A stretch of 64,000 nt of DNA. Source: an uncultured delta proteobacterium. GTDB taxonomy: Bacteria > Desulfobacterota > Binatia > UBA9968. The notes under the pieces are model-generated. The model ran no database searches and had not been told where the DNA came from. It saw only the letters and a program-made list of their open reading frames with translations. The stretch spans positions 32,001 to 96,000 of the forward strand of contig CAWJZV010000018.1 of NCBI GenBank assembly GCA_963847445.1. The letters are read 5' to 3'. Of the stretch, positions 10,734 through 20,422 are shown piece after piece (the first letter of the stretch is position 1; each line of letters begins with the position of its first letter). A program made the position numbers and the translations under genes.

Positions 10734-11726
10734 ATGAATTTCTCCCAGCTCATGGGTCTGGCCGGCGGCCATGTCGAGGCGCGCATCGTTCAGACGGCCG
10801 TTGAACTGGTCATTTTCGACGCACTCGAAGCCACGGATCTTGACGCACCGACTCTGGCGCAGACCTTAAAACTACATGAACCAGCAACGGAGCTGTTGCT
10901 CAACGCGCTCACCGCCGTCGGCTTGCTGGAAAAACATCGCAGGTCATTTTCGCTTGACGGAGGTTAGCCGGCGCCATCTGCTGCGCAGCTCGCCGCACTA
11001 CGTCGGCGCCATGATCGGATTCGATGCCATGTTGTGGCACGACTGGGAAAAACTTGCCGATGCGATCCGAACCGGTTTGCCAACCCGCCCGCCCAACATG
11101 TATCAGTCCGATGCGCGGGAAACCGAGGTCTTCATCAACGCCATGGACTCGTTGGTCAAAGCGCGCGGCGATGCGGAAGTTTTGACCGGTGTCCTTGACT
11201 GGTCCAAGGTCGAGTCGGTTCTCGATGTCGGCTCCGGACCCGCCACTTATCCGATTGCCTTATGCGAAAAATTTCCCGATTTGCGCGCGACCATCGTCGA
11301 TCTGCCGGGAACGTTGAAAATCACCGAACGCTTCGTGAGCAGGGCGAATTTATCGGCGCGTATCCAACTGATCGCCGGCGATTACCGCAGCGATCCGATC
11401 ATTGGCAGCTACGACGCGATCTTTGCTATCGAACATCATTCACGGTGAGAACGGCGACCGCAATGGCGCGCTGATACGCAAGTTGGCGGCGAATCTAAAG
11501 CCCGGCGGGCGCTTGATCGTTAAAGACCATATTCTCGACGATAGCCGCTCCCAGCCGCCGGTCGGGGCGATCTTCAGTCTGCTCATGCTTCTCACCACCG
11601 AGGGCGGCCGTTGTTATAGTTTCAAAGAGATTGAATCTTGGATGCATCAGAGCGGGAATGAACCGCGTCGAACACATCGAACTGCCTGCGCCGATGACTT
11701 CGTCCCTGGTCGTCGCTTCGAAGTAG
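10734..11726 (+). CDS. O-methyltransferase (dimerisation domain + Methyltransf_2); about three frameshifts
   Basis: TAVELVIFDAL N-terminus, LDVGSGPA SAM motif, LSNIIH and LKPGGRLIV across three ORFs. Confidence 0.85.
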
Positions 11727-11757
11727 TTAGTCTCAGCCAGATTTTGTGCTAGAGTGG

Positions 11758-12091
11758 TTGTCATCGAACGGTAAAGGCGAGGGACCCGACCATCGACGAG
11801 CAAGAACTAAAAGCCCGGCAGCAAGCGGTCATCGACAACCTCAAACCCGCCTGCATCTGTAACAAGATCCGCCGCGGCACCGTGGCCAAAGCGATTCAAG
11901 CCGGCGCTAAAACCTTCGAACAGATCGGTAAGCGCACCGGCGTCGGCACCGGCCCCTGCGGCGGGCGGCGCTGCGGCTCGCTGGTGCGCGGCATGCTCGG
12001 TGAACCGGTGACGACTTGCAATGACTGCGGCTGGCCGGTACTGGTCGGTACCGCTTGCCCGCGGTGTGAATATGCTAAGCAAGAAAGCTAG
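11758..12091 (+). CDS. BFD-like [2Fe-2S] protein with C-terminal zinc ribbon
   Basis: The frame of 11882 extends upstream to LKPACICNKI...GTGPCGGRRC, then CNDC...CPRC. A TTG start at 11758 needs one indel. Confidence 0.75.
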
Positions 12092-12136
12092 ACAAGCTCA
12101 TGACCTGCAAGGTTGAGCTCATTCCGCCCTATTTGG

Positions 12137-12622
12137 TTATTTCTTCAGACTGGCCGTTTTGCGCAGAAAACGCTTGCGCTGAGTGAGACAGGCCTTCTTT
12201 TTATCTTCGCCGCTATCTTCGGCGCGGCAAGCCTGGCAATTGGGGCAGATCCAGCCGCCGCAGGCGCATCGTCCGCCCGGTTTGCCGGCCAATCCGGGTT
12301 TGGTATTGAAGTTCTTTTGACAACGGACGCAGTTAATTGCGCTGGTGGCATCGAGGATTTCTAGATCTTCAGCGGGAGCGATGCAACGCGCAGCTTCACC
12401 GGTGACCACCACTCTATATTGAAATGCTTCTTTCGAGAGCGGCGTATCCAACAGCATCCCGCCCCTGGTGAAGCATGCCTTGATCGCCGTCGTGCCTTCG
12501 ATCTTGCCTTCGTATCCCTTATTCTTGTGGCGCACGACGGTGCCGTCGCGCAAACTAATCTCATGTTTTTCGTCCATAGATACCTTCTTGGTAAAAAGCC
12601 TCAGGTTCTCATTGCTCGTCAT
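12137..12622 (-). CDS. Hypothetical protein with Cys-rich (zinc-finger-like) C-terminus
   Basis: CVRC...CACGGWICPNCQAC...C; alternative start at 12577. Confidence 0.65.
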   Translation of the reverse strand: MTSNENLRLFTKKVSMDEKHEISLRDGTVVRHKNKGYEGKIEGTTAIKACFTRGGMLLDTPLSKEAFQYRVVVTGEAARCIAPAEDLEILDATSAINCVRCQKNFNTKPGLAGKPGGRCACGGWICPNCQACRAEDSGEDKKKACLTQRKRFLRKTASLKK

Positions 12623-12637
12623 ACTGGTTTCAACTTC

Positions 12638-12928
12638 TCACGAGGAATAAATATGCACGTCGTTTTCCTCGATGCGGCGGCCACGGGCGATGAGCTTGAT
12701 GATACTGCAAATGTTGCGGCTCACGTCCGTGATTCCCACCGCGGGATAACCGCTCTTGATATAACGACCGATAAACTTATCCTCGCCGACGTCGATGATC
12801 TGGAGATAGTCCTTGTTCTCGTTGCCTTCGAAGTAATGTTTCGTCCCCGGTGCGGGGCTATCGAGGTCGTTCTGTAACGCTTTCGATATCTTGATCCCGA
12901 CGAACAACGACTTAGACTCGTCAGCCAT
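12638..12928 (-). CDS. Hypothetical protein
   Basis: Clean 96-aa ORF with ATG and AGGGAG RBS; co-oriented with the downstream gene. Confidence 0.7.
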   Translation of the reverse strand: MADESKSLFVGIKISKALQNDLDSPAPGTKHYFEGNENKDYLQIIDVGEDKFIGRYIKSGYPAVGITDVSRNICSIIKLIARGRRIEENDVHIYSS

Positions 12929-13069
12929 CTCACAGCTCCCTTCTCAAGCGTCGCACGCTCACACCGCGACAGGTGTTGCATTAGCCCGTAGGGGGGGCAG
13001 CGAACGCGCCTTCGATAGCCGCACCTAGCGGCCATGACGGTGGCCGTCGCGACATCGCTGGGCGAACCG

Positions 13070-13612
13070 TCAGTTGGCAATCTTCAAGGCGACGCCCATT
13101 GGCAATACGCTATCACCGATGCTCAAGGCGGTGGTTAGCTTTTCCATCTCCCAGGAGGAAACCTTCTCTGTCGAGATCGCTTCCTTGACCTTCGGATCGA
13201 CCTTCTGATCGGCTGACGGAAGTTTGATAATGTACTTGACATTACTGCCGTCGACCAGTGTCACGGAAAGAATCAGATCCTTGACCTCTTGCGCCCCCAG
13301 CGTCTGCAATGACGCGATGCGATTCAAGGCCACGGTCTTATCGACGGTATAATTATACAGCCAGACAAACGAACCGATGGTCGCGAACATTAGCAACCAA
13401 GCGAACTGCCCGACCCGCTTCTGTCGGTTCATGACAGTTATACGCTGGCGATCAAAAAACTGGCGAAAAGTGTCGCGTTCGATGGTCAGCCGCTTGGTTG
13501 GGTCTTGCTCGGCGGAGCTCGGCGGTTGATCGAACGATAAGCCCATGCTGTTTAAAACCATGCCGATGATGATCAAAACCAGGGGAATGAGCACGATAAC
13601 AATAGGATGCAT
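13070..13612 (-). CDS. Hypothetical membrane protein with two hydrophobic segments
   Basis: GGAGG RBS before MHPIVIVLIPLVLIII; second segment FAWLLMFATIGSFVWLY. Confidence 0.7.
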   Translation of the reverse strand: MHPIVIVLIPLVLIIIGMVLNSMGLSFDQPPSSAEQDPTKRLTIERDTFRQFFDRQRITVMNRQKRVGQFAWLLMFATIGSFVWLYNYTVDKTVALNRIASLQTLGAQEVKDLILSVTLVDGSNVKYIIKLPSADQKVDPKVKEAISTEKVSSWEMEKLTTALSIGDSVLPMGVALKIAN

Positions 13613-13907
13613 ATTACTCCCTCCGCAAACGGATGCTTGAAATCCGCGGATATAGGAAGAGGGATGGGGTGCAAGACCGGGAAATCTTAGGGCGAAGCAT
13701 CGACGCCGCCAACCATGCCATTCGAAGGTGTAGCCCCGGTCTTCGACCTCTTGCGCGCCAATAGGATCGAGACATGATCCAGGGTACTGTATAGGAACAC
13801 CCGGCATGAAGCAAACTTAGGTCCAACCAAATTAGTCTTGTGATTCCGTGCAGTCCGAGCGTACCGGGATTGCAATCCCGCCAGCCCAAGTCTATACACA
13901 ATGCGCC

Positions 13908-14277
13908 ATGGTGATTCGTTACGCATCCGCCGTTGTCACTATCGCGGGGATACTCGGCTTCGTCTCAGGTCTAGTTTTCTGGGTCGGAGGCGCGCCAAGT
14001 TTAGTGACGATGCATATGTTGCTGGGCTTCTTAACTGTAATCGGGCTGTGGACCGTCGGCATCGCTCAAGCCCTCTCGACCGGCGGAAGCTGGATCTTGG
14101 CGGCGGTCGCATGCATTGTCGGAGCACTGACGATCTACATCGGCATGAATCAAGCCGCCATGCTTCCCGGAGAGCATCACTGGCTGGTTCAACTCAGCCA
14201 TTTACTCCTGGGTATCCTATGCATCGGTGTCAGCTCACATGGCCGCCGCGCGCCACCGCCGGGCAGCAGTTGGATAG
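13908..14277 (+). CDS. Small four-helix membrane protein; frameshift near 14233
   Basis: Four hydrophobic stretches with His in HMLLG and HLLLG. Confidence 0.65.
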
Positions 14278-14330
14278 TATCGACAAACCCGTCCTTCGTT
14301 ATTAGCAACAGCAGCGTATTGACGGAGTGA

Positions 14331-15002
14331 TTATATCGGCCAACTCTCCAACCGATAGGCCTGTTCCCAAAACAAATATTCGTAGCGGCTGCTGAGAATG
14401 AACAAGTCCGCCATGCGCTTTTTCTCAGCGCTCGTCGCCGCGGCAGCGAGTTCATCCACAAGCCGAATCTGCTCGCGCACCGGCTGCCAAAAAGCCTCAG
14501 ACGCGTAGGTCTCGATCCACTGGCGATAGATTTTCGGCTTGGCGGGCCGGCTCCTGAATAAACGCTTGCCGGTTTCGCCGTAGATCCAATAACAAGGCAA
14601 CACCGCGGCCACCAACTCGCCCAGACTGCCGCCGCGCGCCACCGACTGTAAGTGATCGATGTACGCCTGCGTGCGCGGCCCCCTGGGCACGGCGTCCAAC
14701 TGTTTGCGCGACAGCCCCAACGTCTTGCCGAAGCTCGCGTGAAAGCTGCGCTCGACCTCCACCGCGCCCAAGGCGTGACGGCAAAAGAGTTCTAGGATTT
14801 CCAAATTCGGCGCCTTGGCGCCGCCAAGACAGAGCACCTGAGCGAAGTCGAGAAGATAAACATAGTCTTGCAAGATGAAGTAGGTAAACCGATTCATCGG
14901 CAAGGTCCCGGCCGCCAACTCATGGAGAAACGCATGTCCGTCAATCGCCCGCCAGATACGCTCGCTTCGCTGCCGCAGCTCGACGCTAAAGTTTTTTGCC
15001 AT
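14331..15002 (-). CDS. tenA: Thiaminase II / aminopyrimidine aminohydrolase
   Basis: QDYVYL, LPCYWIY (catalytic Cys), WIETY and YEYLFW. Confidence 0.9.
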   Translation of the reverse strand: MAKNFSVELRQRSERIWRAIDGHAFLHELAAGTLPMNRFTYFILQDYVYLLDFAQVLCLGGAKAPNLEILELFCRHALGAVEVERSFHASFGKTLGLSRKQLDAVPRGPRTQAYIDHLQSVARGGSLGELVAAVLPCYWIYGETGKRLFRSRPAKPKIYRQWIETYASEAFWQPVREQIRLVDELAAAATSAEKKRMADLFILSSRYEYLFWEQAYRLESWPI

Positions 15003-15205
15003 GGGCCAGCATTAACGAAAAAGTGTCGAGAAGAAAAGCGCCTCACCGTCGCGGCGGGCGCGAAAACAAATTGAACTTGCCGAGGCTTGGGCCGCTCCGC
15101 GCAGCCCAGCCAGGCCACGGAAAGAATGACGCGACCACGAAGTCGACGATAGCCGAAAGAACCTTTTCGTATGCATCGGGTTTTTCGTGGTGTAAATTTC
15201 GCCGA

Positions 15206-16222
15206 CTATTTCAATCCGTAACTGGCGGCGATCTTGTCGATGAAACCGCTCTCATCGAGCTTGCGAATCAAGCGGCTATCGATCAGATCTTCGACTTTGA
15301 CGCTGGCAATTTTCGGATTGAGCGTGGCCAGCAGGCGGCGAATGTTGCGCATCCCGTCCACCATGGGAATCGGCCGGCGCTCGACGCCGCTCAAGTAATC
15401 CTGATAGCCCTCCTCCGCCACCGCCGGATCGGAGATCTGAAACTTGCGCATCATAGTTTTGATCACCACCGCTTTGTTCGCTGGCGACATGCTGTAGGCC
15501 AGGCTCTCGACCAGCGTCATGAGGAGTTTTTCGGCGATGTCCGCGCGCTTTTGCAGGAACTCCGGTGAGACAACGATCGCTTGGCTGAGCAAGGGAATCT
15601 TCGCCGGCTGGAGCTCGGCAATGATGGTGAATCCTTTACTGCGCAGCCGGCGCACCAATGCGCCGTCGAGAACCGCCGCGTCTACCCGACCGGCTTCGAG
15701 TGCCTGCCCGACCAAAACCGAATCGCCGATTGGCTAGTAAATTGATGTTGTCACTCTTGTAATCTAGACCGACATGTTCCAAGGCCAGGATCGTATTGAT
15801 CCAGGTGGTGCCGCCGGGATTTTGAATGCCGAAGCGTTTGCCGCGCAACTCCTCGGCGCGCTTGAGGCTCGGATGCGCGACCAGGTATGGGTCAGGGTGC
15901 TGGAGATCGACGAGAGAATTTTCAGATAAGAACCCTGCCCCGCCGCACCCAACACCGAGGTGCCGCCGGTGTAGCCGACATCCATCTCGCCGGAGACCAA
16001 AGTCGCCACCAACGTCGCCGCGGCGCGCACCAGGACGATCTTGGGATCGAGACCGTACTTGGCGAACAGACCCTGTTCCTGGGCGAGATATAGCGGCGTA
16101 GTGCGCGGACTCACGGCGGCATAGCCGATGGTGATCTTGGTTTGCGCCGACACGAGCGAAAACTGCGCCGCGGTGATTAGTAGGAAAGCCATTAAGACAA
16201 GAACCGAACGGAAGCGATTCAT
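15206..16222 (-). CDS. NitT/TauT (SsuA/THI5-like) ABC substrate-binding protein; frameshifted
   Basis: Signal peptide, LYLAQEQGLFAKYGL, LVSGEMD, LRGKRFGI and DESGFID, spread across frames. Confidence 0.85.
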
Positions 16223-16273
16223 GCTCTTCCTCCTTAATTCTTGTTCGCAGTGCAAGATTGCCAAGCAACTAGC

Positions 16274-17116
16274 TCATTTCTCACCCGTCGGCCGCTTCAC
16301 CGGTTCCAAACCGGGGCGGTAGCTCTTTTCGTCCAAGAATTCACGCATGCCGCGTTCGCGCGTGCGTTCGGGATCGGCAGCGCGCAACGCCATGCTCTTC
16401 GCGCCCAAATATTCATACGCTTGATCCATATCCATGCCGCGCACGGCGCGGATCGCATGCTTGGTGTAGGCTAGAACCATCGGGCTTTTGGCGATTAGTT
16501 CGCGCGCAATCGTGACCGTCTCAGCGCGCAACTTTTCAGCCGGCACCGCCATAGTGGCAATGCCGATCTCGGCCGCCTTACGGCCATCGATGGTGCGGCC
16601 GGTCATGGCGTAGAACATGGCGTTGCGGAACCCCACCATTTCACCGAAGACTTTGCTGACATTGCCGCCGGGAATGATGCCCCAATTGACCTCGGACAAA
16701 CCGAAGGTGGCACTGTCCGCGGCGATGACGATGTCACAGGCCGCCAGCGAGACAAACGCGCCGCCGTAACAGTAGCCATTGACCATGGCGATGGTCGGCT
16801 TGCGCGACCAGGCCAGCAACTCGGTCGCCCAGCGCCGGTGCGCCGTCGCGGCGCGAAAGCGCGCCACCGGATCTTTATCGGTCTCGCGAAAATACTGCTT
16901 CAAGTCCATGCCCGCGCTCCAGCTATTCCCCGCCCCCGTGAGAATGATGACTTTAGTCTCATCATCGGTTTCCAGGCCATAAAGAATCTCCTCCATCTCG
17001 ACATGGAGCGTCGGACTCATGGCGTTGCGTTTCTCCGGTCGATTGAAGGTGATCCAGGTAATGCCTTCATCGTCGGTCTCGACAAGCACGCAGGTGTATT
17101 CTTTCTTCTTGGCCAT
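16274..17116 (-). CDS. p-Hydroxycinnamoyl-CoA (feruloyl-CoA) hydratase/lyase
   Basis: NRPEKRNAMSP, AGMDLKQYFRE, LSEVNWGIIPGGNV and KSYRPGL, all characteristic of HCHL crotonases. Confidence 0.88.
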   Translation of the reverse strand: MAKKKEYTCVLVETDDEGITWITFNRPEKRNAMSPTLHVEMEEILYGLETDDETKVIILTGAGNSWSAGMDLKQYFRETDKDPVARFRAATAHRRWATELLAWSRKPTIAMVNGYCYGGAFVSLAACDIVIAADSATFGLSEVNWGIIPGGNVSKVFGEMVGFRNAMFYAMTGRTIDGRKAAEIGIATMAVPAEKLRAETVTIARELIAKSPMVLAYTKHAIRAVRGMDMDQAYEYLGAKSMALRAADPERTRERGMREFLDEKSYRPGLEPVKRPTGEK

Positions 17117-17157
17117 TGGGGTTCTCCTTTTTTTGAATAGCGGTAACGAATCGCCGA

Positions 17158-17238
17158 TTAAACTACCCTCGACTCGATAAACGTCAGCCGCACCTTCTGG
17201 GCACAGACGGAAGTGTATCCGTGATAGAGTTCAAGCAT
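17158..17238 (-). pseudogene. N-terminal remnant of a glutathione S-transferase
   Basis: Reads MLELYHGYTSVCAQKVRLTFIESRVV-stop with a GGAAGG RBS; matches a GST N-terminus pattern, then stops. Confidence 0.6.
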
Positions 17239-17282
17239 GGTCATCCTTCCTGGCGGTGAAGCACTACCGCTGTCGTGCCAAA

Positions 17283-18164
17283 CTATCGAAGATCCGCAAT
17301 CAGGTGCTCCGGTACCAGGCGGCTGGCTCGTGCATCCTGCAAGGCGACTTCGGCAAGCACGGCGGTGAGCGCGGCCGGCGCGACAATCAACGTCGGCTCA
17401 AACAGCTCGGCGAAGACGCGGTAACATTTGTCGAGAACCTCTGGTTTGCTCCGCAATGCCGGCAGTTGGCGCCCGATGGTAGCGCGCGCCAATGGCGCAT
17501 CGTTCTTGAATAGCTGGACACTGTCGCGATAGATCGCGGCCACCTTGCCCACCAGTTCGCGGTTACCGGCGAGAAATCGCCGTGTGGTCGCCAGCGGCAC
17601 CCACTGGCTATCGAGTGCGAGGGTATCGGCGACAATGCGCAAGCCATCGGCCTCGGCCAAGAAGGCTTTCTCCGGCGGCAACAGCGCGGCATCGAGTTCG
17701 CCACTGCGAAGCGCATCGAAACTGCGATCGTTGAGGCCGAGATCGACCAGTTCGAGATCCTTGTCGCGATCGAACTGCCAGCGCCGCAACAGCGCCAGCA
17801 TCATCATCCCCGCCATCCGGCGCGGTTGATTGATGCCGACTCTCTTCCCTTTGAGATCGGCGATGGCAGCGATCTTTTGATTAGCCACCAAATAAAATGC
17901 CGGACGGTTCAACAGGCCGCCAATCATGACCAGGTCGTTGCCGAAAAGTCCCCATTGAGCTGCGAGAAAATCAGCGACGGCGCGTTGGGGGTGCCGATGG
18001 GAATAGTCTGGGAGACGATGTCCTCGACGACTTTCTCTTCGTCGAGCTGATTGACGATCTCCGCGGCGATATTTTGCCGGGCGAACAAACCGGCCGCCTC
18101 AGCTACATATGGCAAGAAACCGGCCGATGCTCGATGTGCCTATACCAATTTTGACTTTATCCAT
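17283..18164 (-). CDS. NitT/TauT-family substrate-binding protein; frameshifted
   Basis: LPYVAEAAGLF, ADLKGKRVGI and ALRSGELDAALL across ORFs. Confidence 0.75.
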
Positions 18165-18173
18165 TTGATTACC

Positions 18174-18705
18174 TCAATCCAACTGCAACGTCGCCGGCTC
18201 ATTGGCCATGCGCTCGCCCATGCCGACATGCCGCAACCTTTCCCACAAAGCGTCGACTTCCGCCAGCACGGCTGGCGTCGGGACGATGAATATCGATCAA
18301 GTGCGCGATCGGCACCCAACAGGCCCGCCCGGTTAGCCAAAACACTTCCGATCGATTGCCTTCGGGATCGAAGTAGTAGCAGCCCAGAGCGCTGACATGA
18401 TTGACCACGGCATCGATACGCAAGCCCGCTGCAAGCAGTTTTTTGTGCATGATGCGCAGGTCTTCCAGTGTCTCGACACGCAGCGAGATTTGGTTGATCA
18501 ACCGTGAATCGGCGTCCTCCGGCCGGCCGCGGAACAGCGCGATCTCGTGATCGGCCTTTTCCGGATCCGCGCTAAAGAAAACGATACCGGCGCGCCAGTT
18601 CTGCTTGGTGATGCGCATACCCAGGGTATCGCGGTAAAACTCCACCATTTTCTCCAAATCCCGAACGTAAATCCCGACATGTCCCAGCCCAACGACTGCT
18701 GCCAT
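18174..18705 (-). CDS. VOC (glyoxalase/extradiol dioxygenase-like) family protein; frameshift near 18270
   Basis: LGHVGIYVRDLE, DHEIAL and YYFDPEGNRSEV. Confidence 0.85.
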
Positions 18706-18854
18706 GATCCCTCCCAAGCTCTAACCGCGGACATTTTCCCTTAGCTATCTAGCGCCGAAGTGTCAGCGCAATCAAGCCATCGCAGGGACATGGCACAGGT
18801 ATCAGGCCTAGCATGGGGTGGACAATAGCGAACGCTTGCGCTACTTGGTTGGCC

Positions 18855-19601
18855 ATGAAGCCAGAAGAATTTATCGATGAACTGTGGAGCTACGCCGCAG
18901 AAGTGCCGATGGAGCAACATCCCTGGTTCGACGGCATCATAAAGCACCGTTGGACCAAGGAGCAGATCATTCTCGGCGAGGTGCAGCACTATCTGCGGGT
19001 CAGAACCAACCCGATCTTCTTCGGCCATATGGCGATCAATGCCGTGTCGGCGAAGGAATACACCGTGATGGCGACGGTCTTGGAAAACTTCATGGAAGAA
19101 CTCGGCGGCAAGCGCACCCACGTCGACATCATGCTGCAATTTCTCGAAGCAGGCGGCATTTCGCGCGAACAGGCGGACAATGCCGAACCGGCGCCGGGCA
19201 CTTTGGCGGCAATCGAGATGATCGTTGGCTGCTGCCAGCGCCGTTCAGCCCTCGAAGGCGTCGCCATGCTCGCCTTTGTCGAAAGCCAACTCGGCGGCGC
19301 CGGCAAGATTTCCGAAAACGTTTACCGCGAGCTCACTGGCCACTACGGCTTCACGCCCCGCGCGGCCGCTACCTATCAACTCCACGCCGCCCAGGACGAA
19401 GGCCACGGCAGCCGCCAGATCGACGCCATCCGCATGCTTGCCACCGACGAAGCCACGCAAAATAAAATTCGCGCCGCGGTAAAGTTGGGATTGACCGCCT
19501 TCACGCTCGAATGGGACGGCCATGTCCAGGCGATGACCGGCAAAAGAGAGTTCTGGGGCGGCGTTAAGAATTTAAATTTACGCCAACCGAGTGCAGTGTG
19601 A
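18855..19601 (+). CDS. Heme-oxygenase-like diiron (PqqC/TenA/CADD-like) redox enzyme
   Basis: ENFMEELGGKRTH, VES and LHAAQDEGHG diiron-type ligand pattern. Confidence 0.75.
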   Translation: MKPEEFIDELWSYAAEVPMEQHPWFDGIIKHRWTKEQIILGEVQHYLRVRTNPIFFGHMAINAVSAKEYTVMATVLENFMEELGGKRTHVDIMLQFLEAGGISREQADNAEPAPGTLAAIEMIVGCCQRRSALEGVAMLAFVESQLGGAGKISENVYRELTGHYGFTPRAAATYQLHAAQDEGHGSRQIDAIRMLATDEATQNKIRAAVKLGLTAFTLEWDGHVQAMTGKREFWGGVKNLNLRQPSAV

Positions 19602-19765
19602 GATCAGCGGGTAACCTGCGCGGAAAAAGATCAATGGGCTAGGGCTAGCGATGCCCCCATCTCAGATCTTCCCCGAACCGGGGAGAAGTCATGTGCTCCA
19701 AAGGAAGGAAAACCCGCAACCGACTCTCGAAACTCTGACCTTGAACTTTGAACCTAGAACAGCCG

Positions 19766-19987
19766 TTAAATCGGCCACTCCTTCGGCAGATCTTTCCTAA
19801 GCTTTTTGTATTCCGCGTCGTCGCTGTGCTGGGCGCGCAACCGCTTGAGCGCCGCGACGACTTCCTTTTGATCCTGCTTCACCGCGTTGGAGACCATACC
19901 CGTGGTCTCTTCGAAGCCGAGGCTTCAATTGCTGTGTCAGCCGCGCATCCGCTTGAGAATGTACAGATCGTCGTCTTTGCTAGCCAT
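19766..19987 (-). CDS. Putative 73-aa selenoprotein with two Sec residues (UxxxU motif)
   Basis: ATG at 19987 with GAGGTG RBS; reads MASKDDDLYILKRMRG-UGA-HSN-UGA-SLGFEETTGMVSNAVKQDQKEVVAALKRLRAQHSDDAEYKKLRKDLPKEWPI-TAA. UGAs at 19937-19939 and 19925-19927; hairpins follow. Confidence 0.72.
19890..19928 (-). promoter_or_regulatory. Two tandem candidate bacterial SECIS hairpins
   Basis: UUGAAGC-CUCG-GCUUCGA (19928-19911) and GAGACCA-CGGGUA-UGGUCUC (19909-19890). Confidence 0.6.
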
Positions 19988-19998
19988 GTCGGTGCACC

Positions 19999-20419
19999 TC
20001 AATTCGAGATTCCGGAAAAACCAACTTTCTGTGTGGTGATCAGCTCGGTCGCCGTTTCCGGCGCGCCGTCAGCCGTTACAGTGACGCGAATACGCACGAA
20101 AATTCGCCATGCTTCGCCGCGCCATTGGCAGTGAAAAATGACGAAGGCGTTTTCCGTAACCAATCCCGCCGGCTCGTCGCAATGGACGAGAATCGTAAAC
20201 TGCTTGCTTGCCCCCGCCGCCAATTCGAGCGCCGGCGCGAAACCAGTGCTCGGCTGATCTAAATTGGCCATGCGGCAATCGCGCCGAAATCATTGTTAAA
20301 GCAGCCGCGCCAAGATTCTCCAGCTCCCAGAGAATATTCCAACCCGCCGTCATCGCATCGCGCGCGAGCGCCATCTGGCGCAATGCAATTTTCGGTTCGG
20401 TGGTCGATTGCACCGCCAC
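19999..20419 (-). CDS. Hypothetical beta-rich protein; frameshift near 20240
   Basis: Two overlapping ORFs join into one protein (ARLPHGQFRS...ENAFVIF...WRIFVRIRV); tightly coupled to both neighbours. Confidence 0.65.
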
Positions 20420-20422
20420 AGT

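Noticed and set aside
15003-15205. TPP riboswitch upstream of tenA
   Set aside because: No CTGAGA core or other TPP aptamer consensus is visible on the minus strand.
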